From: an uncultured Methanosarcinales archaeon
GTDB taxonomy: Archaea > Nanobdellota > Nanobdellia > Woesearchaeales > BS150m-G63
Direction: 5' to 3'
DNA: 64,000 bases
Assembly: GCA_964630685.1 (NCBI GenBank)
Contig: CAZVVW010000006.1
Coordinates: 16-64,015 of the forward strand
Position 1 is the first letter of the stretch, and the number at the start of each line of letters is the position of its first letter. A model generated the notes under the pieces. The model was not told the DNA's origin, made no database searches, and saw only the letters and a list, made by a program, of their open reading frames with translations. Shown one piece after another: positions 37,499 through 47,807 of the stretch. Both the position numbers and the translations under genes were made by a program.

Positions 37499-37605
37499 AC
37501 TTTTTTTCTTTTTTTTCTTTTTATTTTATTTTAATTTTATTTTAATTTTATTTTTTCTTTAATTTCTAGTTAATTTTATAAAGAAAACATTGTTTTCTTG
37601 GTTTT

Positions 37606-38340
37606 ATGTTATACTTTATAGGAATTGGATTAAATGATGAGAAAGATATTAGTGTTAAGGGGTTAGAAGCTGTTAAGAGTGCTGATGTAGTTTATTTAGA
37701 GAGTTATACATCTAAATTAGCTTGTTCTGTTGAGAAGTTGGAAGAGTTTTATGGGAAAAAGATTATTTTGGCTGATCGTGAGTTAGTTGAGCAGAAGGCT
37801 GATGAAACTATCTTAAAATACGCTAAAGAGAAAGATGTTGTCTTTTTAGTGATAGGAGATGTTTTTGGTGCTACAACCCATATTGATTTGATGATGAGGG
37901 CTCGAAAAAAAGGTATCAATGTTAAAGTGATTCATAATGCTTCTATTTTGAGTGCAATTGGTGTTGTAGGTCTTGAGCTGTATAAATACGGTAAAGTGAC
38001 TTCAATACCTTTTGAGAATAAAGATGTTAAGGCACCTGTTGAGGTTGTTGAGGAAAATAAGAAAAATGGATTACATAGCTTGGTTTTATTGGATTTAAGA
38101 CCTGAACAAGATAAATTTATGAATATAAATCAAGCTTTAGATTTTTTAGTGAAAAAAGGGTTGGATAGTGAATTAACTGTTGTTGGTTGTGCTGGAATAG
38201 GTTCAGATGAGTCAGAAATCAAGTTTGGCAAAATAAAAGAGATTATTTCTGTTGAATTTACTAAATTTCCTCAGTGTTTGATTATTCCGGGGAATTTGCA
38301 TTTCATGGAAGAAGAAGCTTTGGCGTTTTATAAACAATAG
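37606..38340 (+). CDS. dph5: Diphthine synthase
   Basis: LYFIGIGL, YLESYTS, GDVFGATTH, YKYGK, LVLLD, LHFMEEE. Confidence 0.95.
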   Translation: MLYFIGIGLNDEKDISVKGLEAVKSADVVYLESYTSKLACSVEKLEEFYGKKIILADRELVEQKADETILKYAKEKDVVFLVIGDVFGATTHIDLMMRARKKGINVKVIHNASILSAIGVVGLELYKYGKVTSIPFENKDVKAPVEVVEENKKNGLHSLVLLDLRPEQDKFMNINQALDFLVKKGLDSELTVVGCAGIGSDESEIKFGKIKEIISVEFTKFPQCLIIPGNLHFMEEEALAFYKQ

Positions 38341-38381
38341 TTTTAAATATTACATTTTAATTCTTGATATTCACAACGTAT

Positions 38382-38486
38382 AGCCCCATAGTGTAGCGGC
38401 CAATCATCCGGGATTTTGGTGAAATGGGTGAGAAATTATCCTTTCGAAAATGTCCCGGGACCTCGGTTCAAATCCGAGTGGGGCTA
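38382..38486 (+). tRNA. tRNA-Gln(TTG) with 32-nt intron at 37/38 (38420-38451)
   Basis: AGCCCCA/TGGGGCT acceptor stem; CGGGA/TCCCG anticodon stem; TTG 38416-38418; bulge-helix-bulge TTTT[GGT]GAAA...TTTC GAAA[ATG]; GTTCAAATC T-loop; no encoded CCA. Confidence 0.95.
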
Positions 38487-38549
38487 TTTTTATTCTTTTT
38501 TATTCTTATTTTATTTTTATTTATGTTTAAGTTTTCTTTTCTTCTTTAA

Positions 38550-40136
38550 TTAAGAATTAAAAACCTTCCAAGAAGTAGCGTCTTTAGACATTTGAGAACG
38601 GTAATTTCTAGTTAGATTAATTAAAGCAGAATAATCTCGATGGACGTAATGCTGAATAGCATGAGTTAGACCATTAATTTCTCTAGAACAAAAAGGATTG
38701 TCAACTTGGGCAGGATCTCCCATTATGATTCCTTTACAACCTTCTCCAAGTCTTTGAATGATTGTTTTGACTTCATAAGGGGTTAGATTTTGAGCTTCAT
38801 CAATTAAAACAAGAGAATCCCTGAAAGACCTTCCCCTCATATAGCCAGAATAAGTCATTTCAATCACTTCTGTATTTGAAGGGAGGTGTCCATATTGATT
38901 GATATTCATGTTATTTATACCGTCTTCTCTTGGTGCGCCGAAATCGTTAGTGAATTTAGGATGTTTTAACATTTCTTCAAAAGGAAATAGATTATCAAGA
39001 GAGGATTCTCGATGGGCATCAATATAAGGGGCTAAGTGAGGTTTTAATTTTTCATACAAAGAACCAGGCAAAAATCCAACATCTCTACGTTTTCCACCCA
39101 TTATTTCATTTGGTTTTAATAATATAATCTGCTTGAAAAATCCACCTTTTCCCTTTTTATCTATATCCCTCAATTCTCTTACTGATTTTTCATACCATAT
39201 CACTTGATCTACTGCAGCGACATAACTCAACAGGGTTTTACCTGAACCTTGAGAGCCACATAATATGAAAAGAGACACATCTGGATTTAGAAGTCCATAT
39301 TGAAAAGCAAGATATTGTTCCATATCTCTTGGTTTTATACCTAAAATCTCTCCCATGTGGTGATTACCTATTCTTAATTTTTTGCTATGTTCTTGAGGGG
39401 ATAACAATTCTACAAGTCCATTTTTTTTATCTATAATTTCTCCTGAATTATTTTTAATGAAATCTGCAGAAACTTTTGCATATTCATAATCTTTATGACC
39501 CATAAAACGAATAAATTGATTAACAAATAAATCTCTTTCAAGAATTTCTATAGCATCTTCTAAAGATATCAATCCTTCTTGGGAATAAAGTTCAGATTGT
39601 AATTCCTCATTTCCCATAATAATTCCTTCATTAATTATATCTTCACTAACTTGTAAAAATTGAGGATCTTCAATATGAATTCCATATCCCCTAAGTTTAA
39701 TGTGATTTTTAGCGTTATTTGTGATGAATACTGGTTTATTTGTAAATCCCCAATTTTCATTGATTTTTTCTTCTAATTTATTCATAGAAGTTCCACTATT
39801 TGCGTTATAATGGGTGGGTTCTGGAACGCCTTCTTGAGAGTGATCATCGATGATTGCAATATCTAATCCTTGTAAAACTCTGTAGGTCGTGATTCCTTTA
39901 GTGGAATCTATTTTTTCTTTATTTGCTTTTTTAAGAAATTTGAGCACATTTTCTGCCCCCTCATTATAATTTTCTTTGGGATTGTCTAAAGATTCTATAA
40001 AATCTATAGGTATTACTACTAGATTTTTTTGATCTTTTTCATTACGTTCAAATTGCTTGAAAATTTCAGCGCCTCCAAGATTATACACATCTGTAAAAGG
40101 AACAAATACTTCATGATATTTTGTTTTTGTAGTCAT
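38550..40136 (-). CDS. PhoH family ATPase with degenerate PIN-like N-domain
   Basis: GSQGSGKT, GFLPGSLYEK, YMRGRSF, IDEAQN, MGDPAQVD. Confidence 0.88.
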   Translation of the reverse strand: MTTKTKYHEVFVPFTDVYNLGGAEIFKQFERNEKDQKNLVVIPIDFIESLDNPKENYNEGAENVLKFLKKANKEKIDSTKGITTYRVLQGLDIAIIDDHSQEGVPEPTHYNANSGTSMNKLEEKINENWGFTNKPVFITNNAKNHIKLRGYGIHIEDPQFLQVSEDIINEGIIMGNEELQSELYSQEGLISLEDAIEILERDLFVNQFIRFMGHKDYEYAKVSADFIKNNSGEIIDKKNGLVELLSPQEHSKKLRIGNHHMGEILGIKPRDMEQYLAFQYGLLNPDVSLFILCGSQGSGKTLLSYVAAVDQVIWYEKSVRELRDIDKKGKGGFFKQIILLKPNEIMGGKRRDVGFLPGSLYEKLKPHLAPYIDAHRESSLDNLFPFEEMLKHPKFTNDFGAPREDGINNMNINQYGHLPSNTEVIEMTYSGYMRGRSFRDSLVLIDEAQNLTPYEVKTIIQRLGEGCKGIIMGDPAQVDNPFCSREINGLTHAIQHYVHRDYSALINLTRNYRSQMSKDATSWKVFNS

Positions 40137-40636
40137 TTTAGATTAAATGCCTCTTTAATATTTTTGTAGTCATTAGTTAGAATATTATAATTACCCATTA
40201 ATGCTCCCCTATCATTAATATTTTGATAAAGTTTTAATCCATCTCTTCTGAGGATATCTACATGATTTCTTCTTCTAGGAGATATTTCTTCTTTTAAAAT
40301 TTTTTTAAGTAAACCACTAGTGCTTAATCTAGTTCTTTCTCTAGAAATATATTTTTGAATTATAGGATCTAAAATAGATTGAAATTTGCAAAGCGCAACA
40401 TAACTTCCTTTATCCTTACAAGAAGCAATTACATAGTCTAGACTGTTATATACCGATTTCACTTCTTGAAATTCTCTTTCTTGCAAAGAACCAGATTGAG
40501 ATTTAAATTTAAATAACCCATCTAAAACACTATAGCCAACTACTGTGCCTAATTCGTCTTGATTGTAAATATAATGAGACAGAACATCAAATAAAGTGTA
40601 CAATTGAACTTGTTTATAATCTCTTTTTTTAGTCAT
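40133..40636 (-). CDS. Hypothetical protein, translationally coupled to PhoH gene
   Basis: 167-aa ORF with ATGA overlap. Confidence 0.6.
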   Translation of the reverse strand: MTKKRDYKQVQLYTLFDVLSHYIYNQDELGTVVGYSVLDGLFKFKSQSGSLQEREFQEVKSVYNSLDYVIASCKDKGSYVALCKFQSILDPIIQKYISRERTRLSTSGLLKKILKEEISPRRRNHVDILRRDGLKLYQNINDRGALMGNYNILTNDYKNIKEAFNLK

Positions 40637-40926
40637 TAATTTTACCCTTCTATTACTAATACGCTTTTATTATTCACCTCCCCTTTATATTTTTGAGTTA
40701 TTATATTATTTAATGTTTTCTATACTGGAGTTGTTAATTAATGGGGTGTTATGTTCTGTTAATCCGAAAACTTTAAAAGGGCATGATTTTTTTATAAAGA
40801 AATCAAGAGATGAAACGGTTCAAATGGGCTTTTTCATGCTGGAGATAAGATGATAATTATTTCTCACATATCTTGATTAAATAGAAAATAAATACAACTT
40901 TATATGGTTGTTTGGAGGAAATTAGA

Positions 40927-41382
40927 ATGGCCCGTATGCATTCAAGAGATAAAGGAAAAAGTGGTAGTAGTAGACCTGCTACTAGAGAAAAAAAAGAGTG
41001 GGTGAGATATAAATCAAAAGAAGTTGAGCTTTTAATTTTAAAGTTAGCTAAAGATGGAAACAAAGCATCTAGAATAGGACTTATTTTAAGAGATTCTTAT
41101 GGAATTCCTAGTGTAAAAGACATCATTGGAAAAGGAATTTCTCAAGTTTTAAAAGAATATGATTTATTGGGTGAACTTCCAGAAGATTTACTTAATCTAA
41201 TTAAAAGATCTGTTAATTTAAAAAAACATTTTGAAGAAAATAGGCAAGATATGACTGCTAAAAGAGGATCACAGCTTACAGATTCAAAGATTAATAGGCT
41301 TATTAAATACTACAAGAGAACTGGTGTTTTATCTAAAGATTGGAAATATGATGAAAATAGATTTAAGTTGATTGCAGAGTAA
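40927..41382 (+). CDS. rps15: 30S ribosomal protein uS15 (archaeal S15/S13e)
   Basis: MARMHSRDKGKSGS, IGLILRDSYGIP, LPEDL, INRLIKYYK; GGAGG SD before 40927. Confidence 0.95.
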   Translation: MARMHSRDKGKSGSSRPATREKKEWVRYKSKEVELLILKLAKDGNKASRIGLILRDSYGIPSVKDIIGKGISQVLKEYDLLGELPEDLLNLIKRSVNLKKHFEENRQDMTAKRGSQLTDSKINRLIKYYKRTGVLSKDWKYDENRFKLIAE

Positions 41383-41397
41383 TTGCAGAGTAATCAT

Positions 41398-42825
41398 ATG
41401 GATAAGTATGCTAAGTTTAAGAAGAGCTTTGAAGAAGCTGTAAAGTGGTTTAAACGTATCGATAAGAAAGAAGTGATACGTGTAGTTTCTCACTTGGATG
41501 CAGATGGGATTAGCGCTTGTGCTGTTATATTGAATGCATTGGATAATGAAAACAGGCGTTATTCTATTTCTATTATTAGACAATTGGGAGATGAAAATCT
41601 ACATGAATATTCTAGAGAAGAATACAAACATTTTATTTTTACAGATTTAGGTTCTGGGAAAATAAATTCTATGAATAGGATATTAAAAGATAAATCTATT
41701 TTAGTGTTAGATCACCACAAGCCAGAAAAAGTTGAAGCAGATAATGTAACACATATTAATCCAAATTTATTTGGAATTGAAGGTGGGACAGAGATATCTG
41801 GAGCAGGAGTTGCTTACTTTTTTTCTAGAAAACTTAATGGTAAGAATAAATCTTTAGCACATCTTGGGATAATTGGTGCTATTGGAGACATTCAAGATGA
41901 GAATGGATTTTCTAGTTTAAATTTAGAAATTTTGGATGATGCTGTTAATGCTAAAAAACTTGAAGTGATTGAGAATGGACTTAAATTTTTTGGAAAACAA
42001 ACACGCCCACTTTTTAGAATTCTTCAATATACTGATAATCCTTATATTCCGGATATTAGTGGTTCAATGGGGGGAGCTATCCAGTTCCTAAGGCATGTGG
42101 TTGGAATTGATGACAAAAGAGTAGAAAGAGTAAAAATGAAAGATTTAGATAAAGATCAAATGGAAAGATTGCGTGCAGGAATAATCATGAAAAGGTCTGA
42201 CCAAGAGGATCCTGAAGATATTTTTTCTAATTCTTATCTTTTAGTTGATGAAAAAGAAGGGTCTCCTTTGAAAGATGTAAAAGAGTTTTCAACTTTACTT
42301 AACGCATGCGGACGATTGGAAAGAGCTTCTTTAGGGATTGGTGTTTGTTTAGGGGATAAAAAATCAAAAGAATCTGCTATGAAAAGTATGAAAAATTATA
42401 GAAAAGAAATTGCTATATCTTTGGATTGGTATCATAGTAATAAAAATTCTGCTGGCGTTTTTAATGGTGATGGATTTACAATTATAAACGCTAAAGATAA
42501 TATTCTTGCAAGTGTTGCAGGGACAATGGCAAGTATATTATCAAAATCAAATGAATTTGAAGATGGGCATTATATTCTTTCTATGGCTCAAATGTTGGAT
42601 GAGAATACTAAGGCATCAATGAGGGTTGCTGGACGTAATATTAGTGAAGATGTTGATTTGCGTGTAATCATAAAAAAAATAGCTAAACAAGTAGAGGGAG
42701 AAGCAGGTGGACATAAACACGCCGCAGGTGCGCTGTTTTTAACAGAGCAAGAAGATAAGTTCATAGATATTGCAAAATCAATATTGGCTAAACATGCTAT
42801 TGAAGAAAAATTAGTTGAGAATTGA
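41398..42825 (+). CDS. DHH phosphoesterase (RecJ/GAN-like)
   Basis: SHLDADG, TDLG, LDHH, GDIQ, GGHKHAAG; usual position after rps15. Confidence 0.9.
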   Translation: MDKYAKFKKSFEEAVKWFKRIDKKEVIRVVSHLDADGISACAVILNALDNENRRYSISIIRQLGDENLHEYSREEYKHFIFTDLGSGKINSMNRILKDKSILVLDHHKPEKVEADNVTHINPNLFGIEGGTEISGAGVAYFFSRKLNGKNKSLAHLGIIGAIGDIQDENGFSSLNLEILDDAVNAKKLEVIENGLKFFGKQTRPLFRILQYTDNPYIPDISGSMGGAIQFLRHVVGIDDKRVERVKMKDLDKDQMERLRAGIIMKRSDQEDPEDIFSNSYLLVDEKEGSPLKDVKEFSTLLNACGRLERASLGIGVCLGDKKSKESAMKSMKNYRKEIAISLDWYHSNKNSAGVFNGDGFTIINAKDNILASVAGTMASILSKSNEFEDGHYILSMAQMLDENTKASMRVAGRNISEDVDLRVIIKKIAKQVEGEAGGHKHAAGALFLTEQEDKFIDIAKSILAKHAIEEKLVEN

Positions 42826-42845
42826 TTGTATTAGTAAAGAGGTTC

Positions 42846-43115
42846 TTACAAAGTGCTTTTAATGTTATCAATGTATTCTGCTACTTTTTCGCCTTTTTTG
42901 GTTAGTGTAAGAACTTTTAATCTTCCTTGTTTATTGAAATTAACCAATCCAGCTCTTTCCATTTCTTGAAGGATCTTAACAACATGAGAATAAGTACAAT
43001 CAATTTTCTTAGCTAGAGATGAAGCATAAGTGCCATCTTTAGAGTTCTTTAAAGTCACCAACATCATTGCTGGTTTTTCTCTAAAAAATACATTGAAAAT
43101 TTTTTTTTTGTTCAT
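42846..43115 (-). CDS. Winged-helix DNA-binding protein
   Basis: YASSLAKKIDCTYSHVVKIL...GRLKVLTLTKKG. Confidence 0.85.
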   Translation of the reverse strand: MNKKKIFNVFFREKPAMMLVTLKNSKDGTYASSLAKKIDCTYSHVVKILQEMERAGLVNFNKQGRLKVLTLTKKGEKVAEYIDNIKSTL

Positions 43116-43305
43116 TAAAACCCCCAGTATCTAATCTATTATATGTTTTAAATCATAAGGTTGTTTAAAGTTATTTAAATATTGCTATTTTTCATTATAC
43201 ATATTAGAGTATATAGTTGTATATTTTGTGGTATATATTTGTTTCTGAAAGATTTTTGAATATTTTCACATAAGTTTTATTAAGTGGTTGTTTTTTTGAT
43301 TAAGT

Positions 43306-45174
43306 ATGAAACCTAGCGAAATTTTATTTCCTTATTCACAAATAAGACCAATCCAAAAAGAGATGTTGGAGGATGTGGGTAAAGCAATTGATGGTGGAAA
43401 AAGAGTATTGATGCACGCTCCAACAGGTATTGGAAAAACTATTTCTGTGCTAGGTCCTGCTTTATTTCATGCTTTAAAGAAAAATAAGACTGTAGTGTTT
43501 CTCACTTCAAGGCATACCCAACATATTGTTGCAATGGATGCTCTGAAAGATATCAAAAAAAAGTATGACAATAAATTTTCAGTTGCAGATATAATTGGAA
43601 AAAAATGGATGTGTGCAGTTCAAGGAATAGATAAGTTTCCATCACATGAATTTGGAGAGTTTTGTAAATTGCAAAGAGAAGAAGGCAAATGCGAATTTTA
43701 TTCTAAAACTATTCAAAAAAGAAATTTGACTGTTAAAGCTAAAAAAATAATTCAGGAATTTGAATTTATGTATCCTTCTCATTCAGAAGATTTAGTTAAA
43801 GGCTGTATTAACGAAAAATTATGCCCTTATGAGATTACTTTGGCTTTGTGTAATAAAGCAAGAGTGATTGTTGCAGATTATTTTTATTTATTTAACCCTT
43901 CTATTTGTTTAAATTTTTTGAATAGGGTAGGGAAAGAATTAGAAGATTTGATAGTAATTGTAGATGAGGGTCATAATTTGCCAGATAGAGTTAGGGATTT
44001 GTTGACTCTTAAATTATCTAATTTTACAATAAGTAGGGCAATTAAAGAAGCAAGAGAAAATGGATATAATGAAGCAAAAGAATTATTACAAAAAATAAAT
44101 AATGTGTTGGAGGAATTTGTTGGTGGATTAGATTTTGGTGGAGAAATTCTTGTTAATAAAGTAGATTTTGTTCAAAGAATTGGAGAAATAAAAGAATATG
44201 ATTTATTGGTTGAGCAATTGGATATTATGGGTGATGATATTAGAAAAGAAAAAAGGCAAAGTTATATTGGTTCTGTCGCTAATTTCTTGGATGGGTGGCT
44301 CGGATTAGATTTGGGTTATGTAAGAATATTATCAAAAAGACAATATAAAGGTGCTCCACTTATAACTTTAAGTTATCGTTGTTTAGATCCTTCTTTAGTG
44401 ACTTCAGATGTTTTTGATGAGGTATATTCTTTGATAATTATGAGCGGTACATTGACGCCAATTTCTTTGTATAAAGATGTGTTGTGTTTTCCAAAAGATT
44501 CTGTTGAAAAGAGTTATGGTAACCCTTTTCCTGAAAAAAATAGACTTAATTTAATTGTACCAAAAACCACAACTAAATATTCTGCTAGGAGTGAGGATCA
44601 ATTTAAAGAGATTGGAAGAATTGGGGCTGAAATTACTAATAATATTCCAGGTAATTCTATTATCTTTTTTCCTAGTTATGGATTAATGCATTCTGTTTAT
44701 CATTATTTTAGTGAAATGAGTGATAAGAAAATTGTGATTGAGAAAAAAGGAGCCAATAAAGAAGAGAAAAAAGGATTGTTAAAACAATTTGAAGAACACA
44801 AGGAAAAGGGAATGGTATTTTTAGGGATTACTTCAGGTTCATTTGGAGAGGGAATTGATTTGCCCGGAGATCTTTTGAAAGGAGTAGTTGTTGTTGGAAT
44901 TCCTTTGCAACCACCTGATTTAGAAACTAAAGAATTAATTAAGTATTATGATAAAAGATTTGATAAGGGGTGGGATTATGGCTATGTTTTGCCTGCTATA
45001 ACTAAGGTTTTACAGAATGCAGGAAGATGCATTAGATCTGAAAAAGATAAAGGGGTTGTGGTGTTTTTGGATGAAAGATATGCTTGGAATCACTATCTTA
45101 GATGTTTTCCAGGTGATTGGGATGTTAAAATTAGCAAAGAATATGTTGGTGAGATAAAGAATTTTTTTGAGTGA
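43306..45174 (+). CDS. xpd: XPD/Rad3-type Fe-S DNA helicase
   Basis: APTGIGKT, Fe-S cysteines incl. CPYE, DEGHN, SGTL, EGID, QNAGRCIR. Confidence 0.9.
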   Translation: MKPSEILFPYSQIRPIQKEMLEDVGKAIDGGKRVLMHAPTGIGKTISVLGPALFHALKKNKTVVFLTSRHTQHIVAMDALKDIKKKYDNKFSVADIIGKKWMCAVQGIDKFPSHEFGEFCKLQREEGKCEFYSKTIQKRNLTVKAKKIIQEFEFMYPSHSEDLVKGCINEKLCPYEITLALCNKARVIVADYFYLFNPSICLNFLNRVGKELEDLIVIVDEGHNLPDRVRDLLTLKLSNFTISRAIKEARENGYNEAKELLQKINNVLEEFVGGLDFGGEILVNKVDFVQRIGEIKEYDLLVEQLDIMGDDIRKEKRQSYIGSVANFLDGWLGLDLGYVRILSKRQYKGAPLITLSYRCLDPSLVTSDVFDEVYSLIIMSGTLTPISLYKDVLCFPKDSVEKSYGNPFPEKNRLNLIVPKTTTKYSARSEDQFKEIGRIGAEITNNIPGNSIIFFPSYGLMHSVYHYFSEMSDKKIVIEKKGANKEEKKGLLKQFEEHKEKGMVFLGITSGSFGEGIDLPGDLLKGVVVVGIPLQPPDLETKELIKYYDKRFDKGWDYGYVLPAITKVLQNAGRCIRSEKDKGVVVFLDERYAWNHYLRCFPGDWDVKISKEYVGEIKNFFE

Positions 45175-45247
45175 GATATTGCTTTGTTCTCCCTGTGTGA
45201 TAGTAATAAAGCAAAGGTTTTTATACTAAATATGTGGGTTTTAATGT

Positions 45248-46246
45248 ATGGTTAGTGCAATCGTATTGGCTGGTGGACCCGTAAAAGATGCTCCAAATCT
45301 TAAATTAGCTAGGTGGTACTATAAAAAAGTTTATGGAGAAACTTATTTCTGGGGAAAATATAAACCTTTGAAACAAATTAAATTGAGAGTTGGAGATGAA
45401 ATTCAAAAGGTTCCTATGGTTAGTGCTGTTATTGAAAGTATTGCAAAGGTTGAGTCTATTGATGATTTAGTTGTGATAGGCGAAAAAGAAAGATTAGAAA
45501 CAATGCTTGGCGATAAAGATTATGGTATGCCTGTAAAATATGTTCAACAAGTAGGTAGTTTAGTTAAGAATGGGGTTGAAGGGTATCAACATTCAAAAGC
45601 AAAAAAGAATGGAGAGGGGGCTTTATTCCTTCCTTGTGATATTCCTAAAGCATCACCTGAAGATTATGATAAATTTGTTAATCAATGCACTCCTTTAATG
45701 GATAATTATGATACTTTTTATGCAATAATTGGTAAAGAGAATATGCAAGGCAAGTCTAAAATATTTAATAGGCCTTATTTTTGGATGATTGATGATGTTT
45801 TTAATAAAAGGGGACTGATAAGAAGAGGGTTTAGATTGTCAAACATGGCTTATGCAAATCCTGAAGAAATTAAACATATTAATAATATTGATTTGATTTA
45901 TTCTTTAAGAAAAATGAAGGACCCTGTAAATGTTTTCCGTGCTGCGAAAGATGCATTTCCTGAAGTTATAAAATATTTCAAAAAGACCTTAACTGTTTCT
46001 GATGTTAATAATAAAGCTTCTGAGTTTTTGGAAACTAGGTTTAAACTCATAGAAGTAGATAGTGAAGCAACTTGTATAGATATAGATTCAGAGGAAGATT
46101 CTAATGATCTGGATTATTGGTTAGGTAAAAAAGAGGGGGAAACAGAAAATATTGATTCTTCTTGTAAAAAACGAATTTTTAAGAGTAAATTAAGTAAGGA
46201 TATTTCTTATAACAAAAAGATTTTTGATCGTAAAAACCCAGTTTAG
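45248..46246 (+). CDS. NTP-transferase (MobA-like GT-A fold) protein
   Basis: AIVLAGG, KPL, FLPCDIP, DIDSEED. Confidence 0.7.
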   Translation: MVSAIVLAGGPVKDAPNLKLARWYYKKVYGETYFWGKYKPLKQIKLRVGDEIQKVPMVSAVIESIAKVESIDDLVVIGEKERLETMLGDKDYGMPVKYVQQVGSLVKNGVEGYQHSKAKKNGEGALFLPCDIPKASPEDYDKFVNQCTPLMDNYDTFYAIIGKENMQGKSKIFNRPYFWMIDDVFNKRGLIRRGFRLSNMAYANPEEIKHINNIDLIYSLRKMKDPVNVFRAAKDAFPEVIKYFKKTLTVSDVNNKASEFLETRFKLIEVDSEATCIDIDSEEDSNDLDYWLGKKEGETENIDSSCKKRIFKSKLSKDISYNKKIFDRKNPV

Positions 46247-46299
46247 TATACCTTTTCGTATACTAAAACACAACATTTATATACTAGTTCTGTTTAATA

Positions 46300-46385
46300 G
46301 GAAATAGTAGAAGATATCGGCTCCTCGCTGACTTTCTTCTCTCCACCACCCCCTCAAGAATCTCGAGGAGCCTTTTTTCTCTTTT
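46300..46385 (+). ncRNA. Candidate small hairpin RNA
   Basis: TTTATATA 46276-46283; 9-bp stem 46319-46327/46364-46372; T-tract after. Confidence 0.35.
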
Positions 46386-46473
46386 TCTCTATTTTTTTGT
46401 TATTTTTCTTTATTTTTAGTAAATTTTATAAGGTAAAATTGATTAATGTGTGTTAAATCTGTGCTGTTTTAAA

Positions 46474-47091
46474 ATGGAGCTAGATAAACTGAAAAAAGAG
46501 CAATCTAAACTTGCTAAGAAAGTGGTTCTAAAAGATGAATTTAGCGAGCTAAAACTGATTGGTGGTTGTGATCAAACTTTTATTGGCAATAAGGTTATTT
46601 CTTGTGTGGTTGTGCTTGATTATGAGAGTTTAGAGGTTGTTGAAACAGCTTCTGCTGTAGTCAAAGCTGTAGTGCCTTATGTTGCTGGTTTTTTAGGATA
46701 TCGAGAAGGGCCTGCTATTGTTGAGGCTTTTAATAAGTTAAATGTGAAACCAGATGTTTTATTATGTGATTTTAATGGGATTTTACATCCAAGATTATTT
46801 GGAGCTGCATCTCAGGTTGGGTTGATGTTAGATGTTCCTACTATTGGTGTTGCTAAGAGTTTAAGTTACGGAAGTATAATGGGTGAAAAAATAATTGTTG
46901 GCATTAAACATGTTGGAGCCAAAGTGATTAGTAGAGAATATTCACGACCGATTTATGTTTCACCAGGACATAAAATCTGTTTAAAGAGTGCTGTTGAGAT
47001 TGTTAAGAAGTGTTTAAAGTATCCACACAAACTTCCAGAACCAATACACTATGCTCATAAATATGCTAAGAAATTACAAAAAGAAGAATAA
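46474..47091 (+). CDS. nfi: Endonuclease V
   Basis: GCD, PYVAGFLGYRE, DFNGILHPR, PTIGVAK, PIYVSPGH, LPEP. Confidence 0.92.
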   Translation: MELDKLKKEQSKLAKKVVLKDEFSELKLIGGCDQTFIGNKVISCVVVLDYESLEVVETASAVVKAVVPYVAGFLGYREGPAIVEAFNKLNVKPDVLLCDFNGILHPRLFGAASQVGLMLDVPTIGVAKSLSYGSIMGEKIIVGIKHVGAKVISREYSRPIYVSPGHKICLKSAVEIVKKCLKYPHKLPEPIHYAHKYAKKLQKEE

Positions 47092-47097
47092 AAATGA

Positions 47098-47595
47098 TTA
47101 TTTTGCTTTACCTATTACTTCTCCTGTTTTAGTGTGGATTAATTCACTTCCAGATACTGAGTAAGTTACTTTTATTGGGTGCTTAAATCTTTGATCTATA
47201 GCTAAATCAGGGATATCTATTGCGAATACTGTTTTTGATCCCATTATCATTAGGGTATCAGAGTTATTTGTTCCATTACACTCGATATTGGAGATAGTTA
47301 TATCCTCACCTAAATTGTTTGTTAGTTCTACTTGTAGATGGGTTGTGTTTAATACGAAATCACAACTAAAACCAGATATTGTGCAGGTTTCTGGTAAGAA
47401 TCTAGAAGGATTTAACATGCCGAAATAAACTAAAGATGAGATAACAATAAGAACAACTAACAATGCCCAGCCATAGTTCATTAAGAATTCCATGGCTGCT
47501 TGCGCTCTTTTGGGAATTCTCGAGGAGTTTCCTCGCTTTGCTCGTAAACCCATTAGAAATTCCATAGCAGTTCTACTCTTTTTGTGTGTTTTCAT
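47098..47595 (-). CDS. Pilin (class III signal peptide)
   Basis: KRAQAAMEFLMNYGWALLVV. Confidence 0.85.
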   Translation of the reverse strand: MKTHKKSRTAMEFLMGLRAKRGNSSRIPKRAQAAMEFLMNYGWALLVVLIVISSLVYFGMLNPSRFLPETCTISGFSCDFVLNTTHLQVELTNNLGEDITISNIECNGTNNSDTLMIMGSKTVFAIDIPDLAIDQRFKHPIKVTYSVSGSELIHTKTGEVIGKAK

Positions 47596-47807
47596 TATGC
47601 CTCTTTTTGATATCTATTTTGGATTATATATTTACTTATATAAAAACTTTTTGTTTGAAAAATAAAGAAGGATAGAGAAAATTAAAAACAATAAGATTAA
47701 AAAATTCGTTTTGATACTTTTTAAATTTGTGTAAAGATGAGCTCATTTAAAAATTAATTATCTTAGAAATATAAAAAAAGAAAAAATAAATAAATAAGCT
47801 GTTAAGC

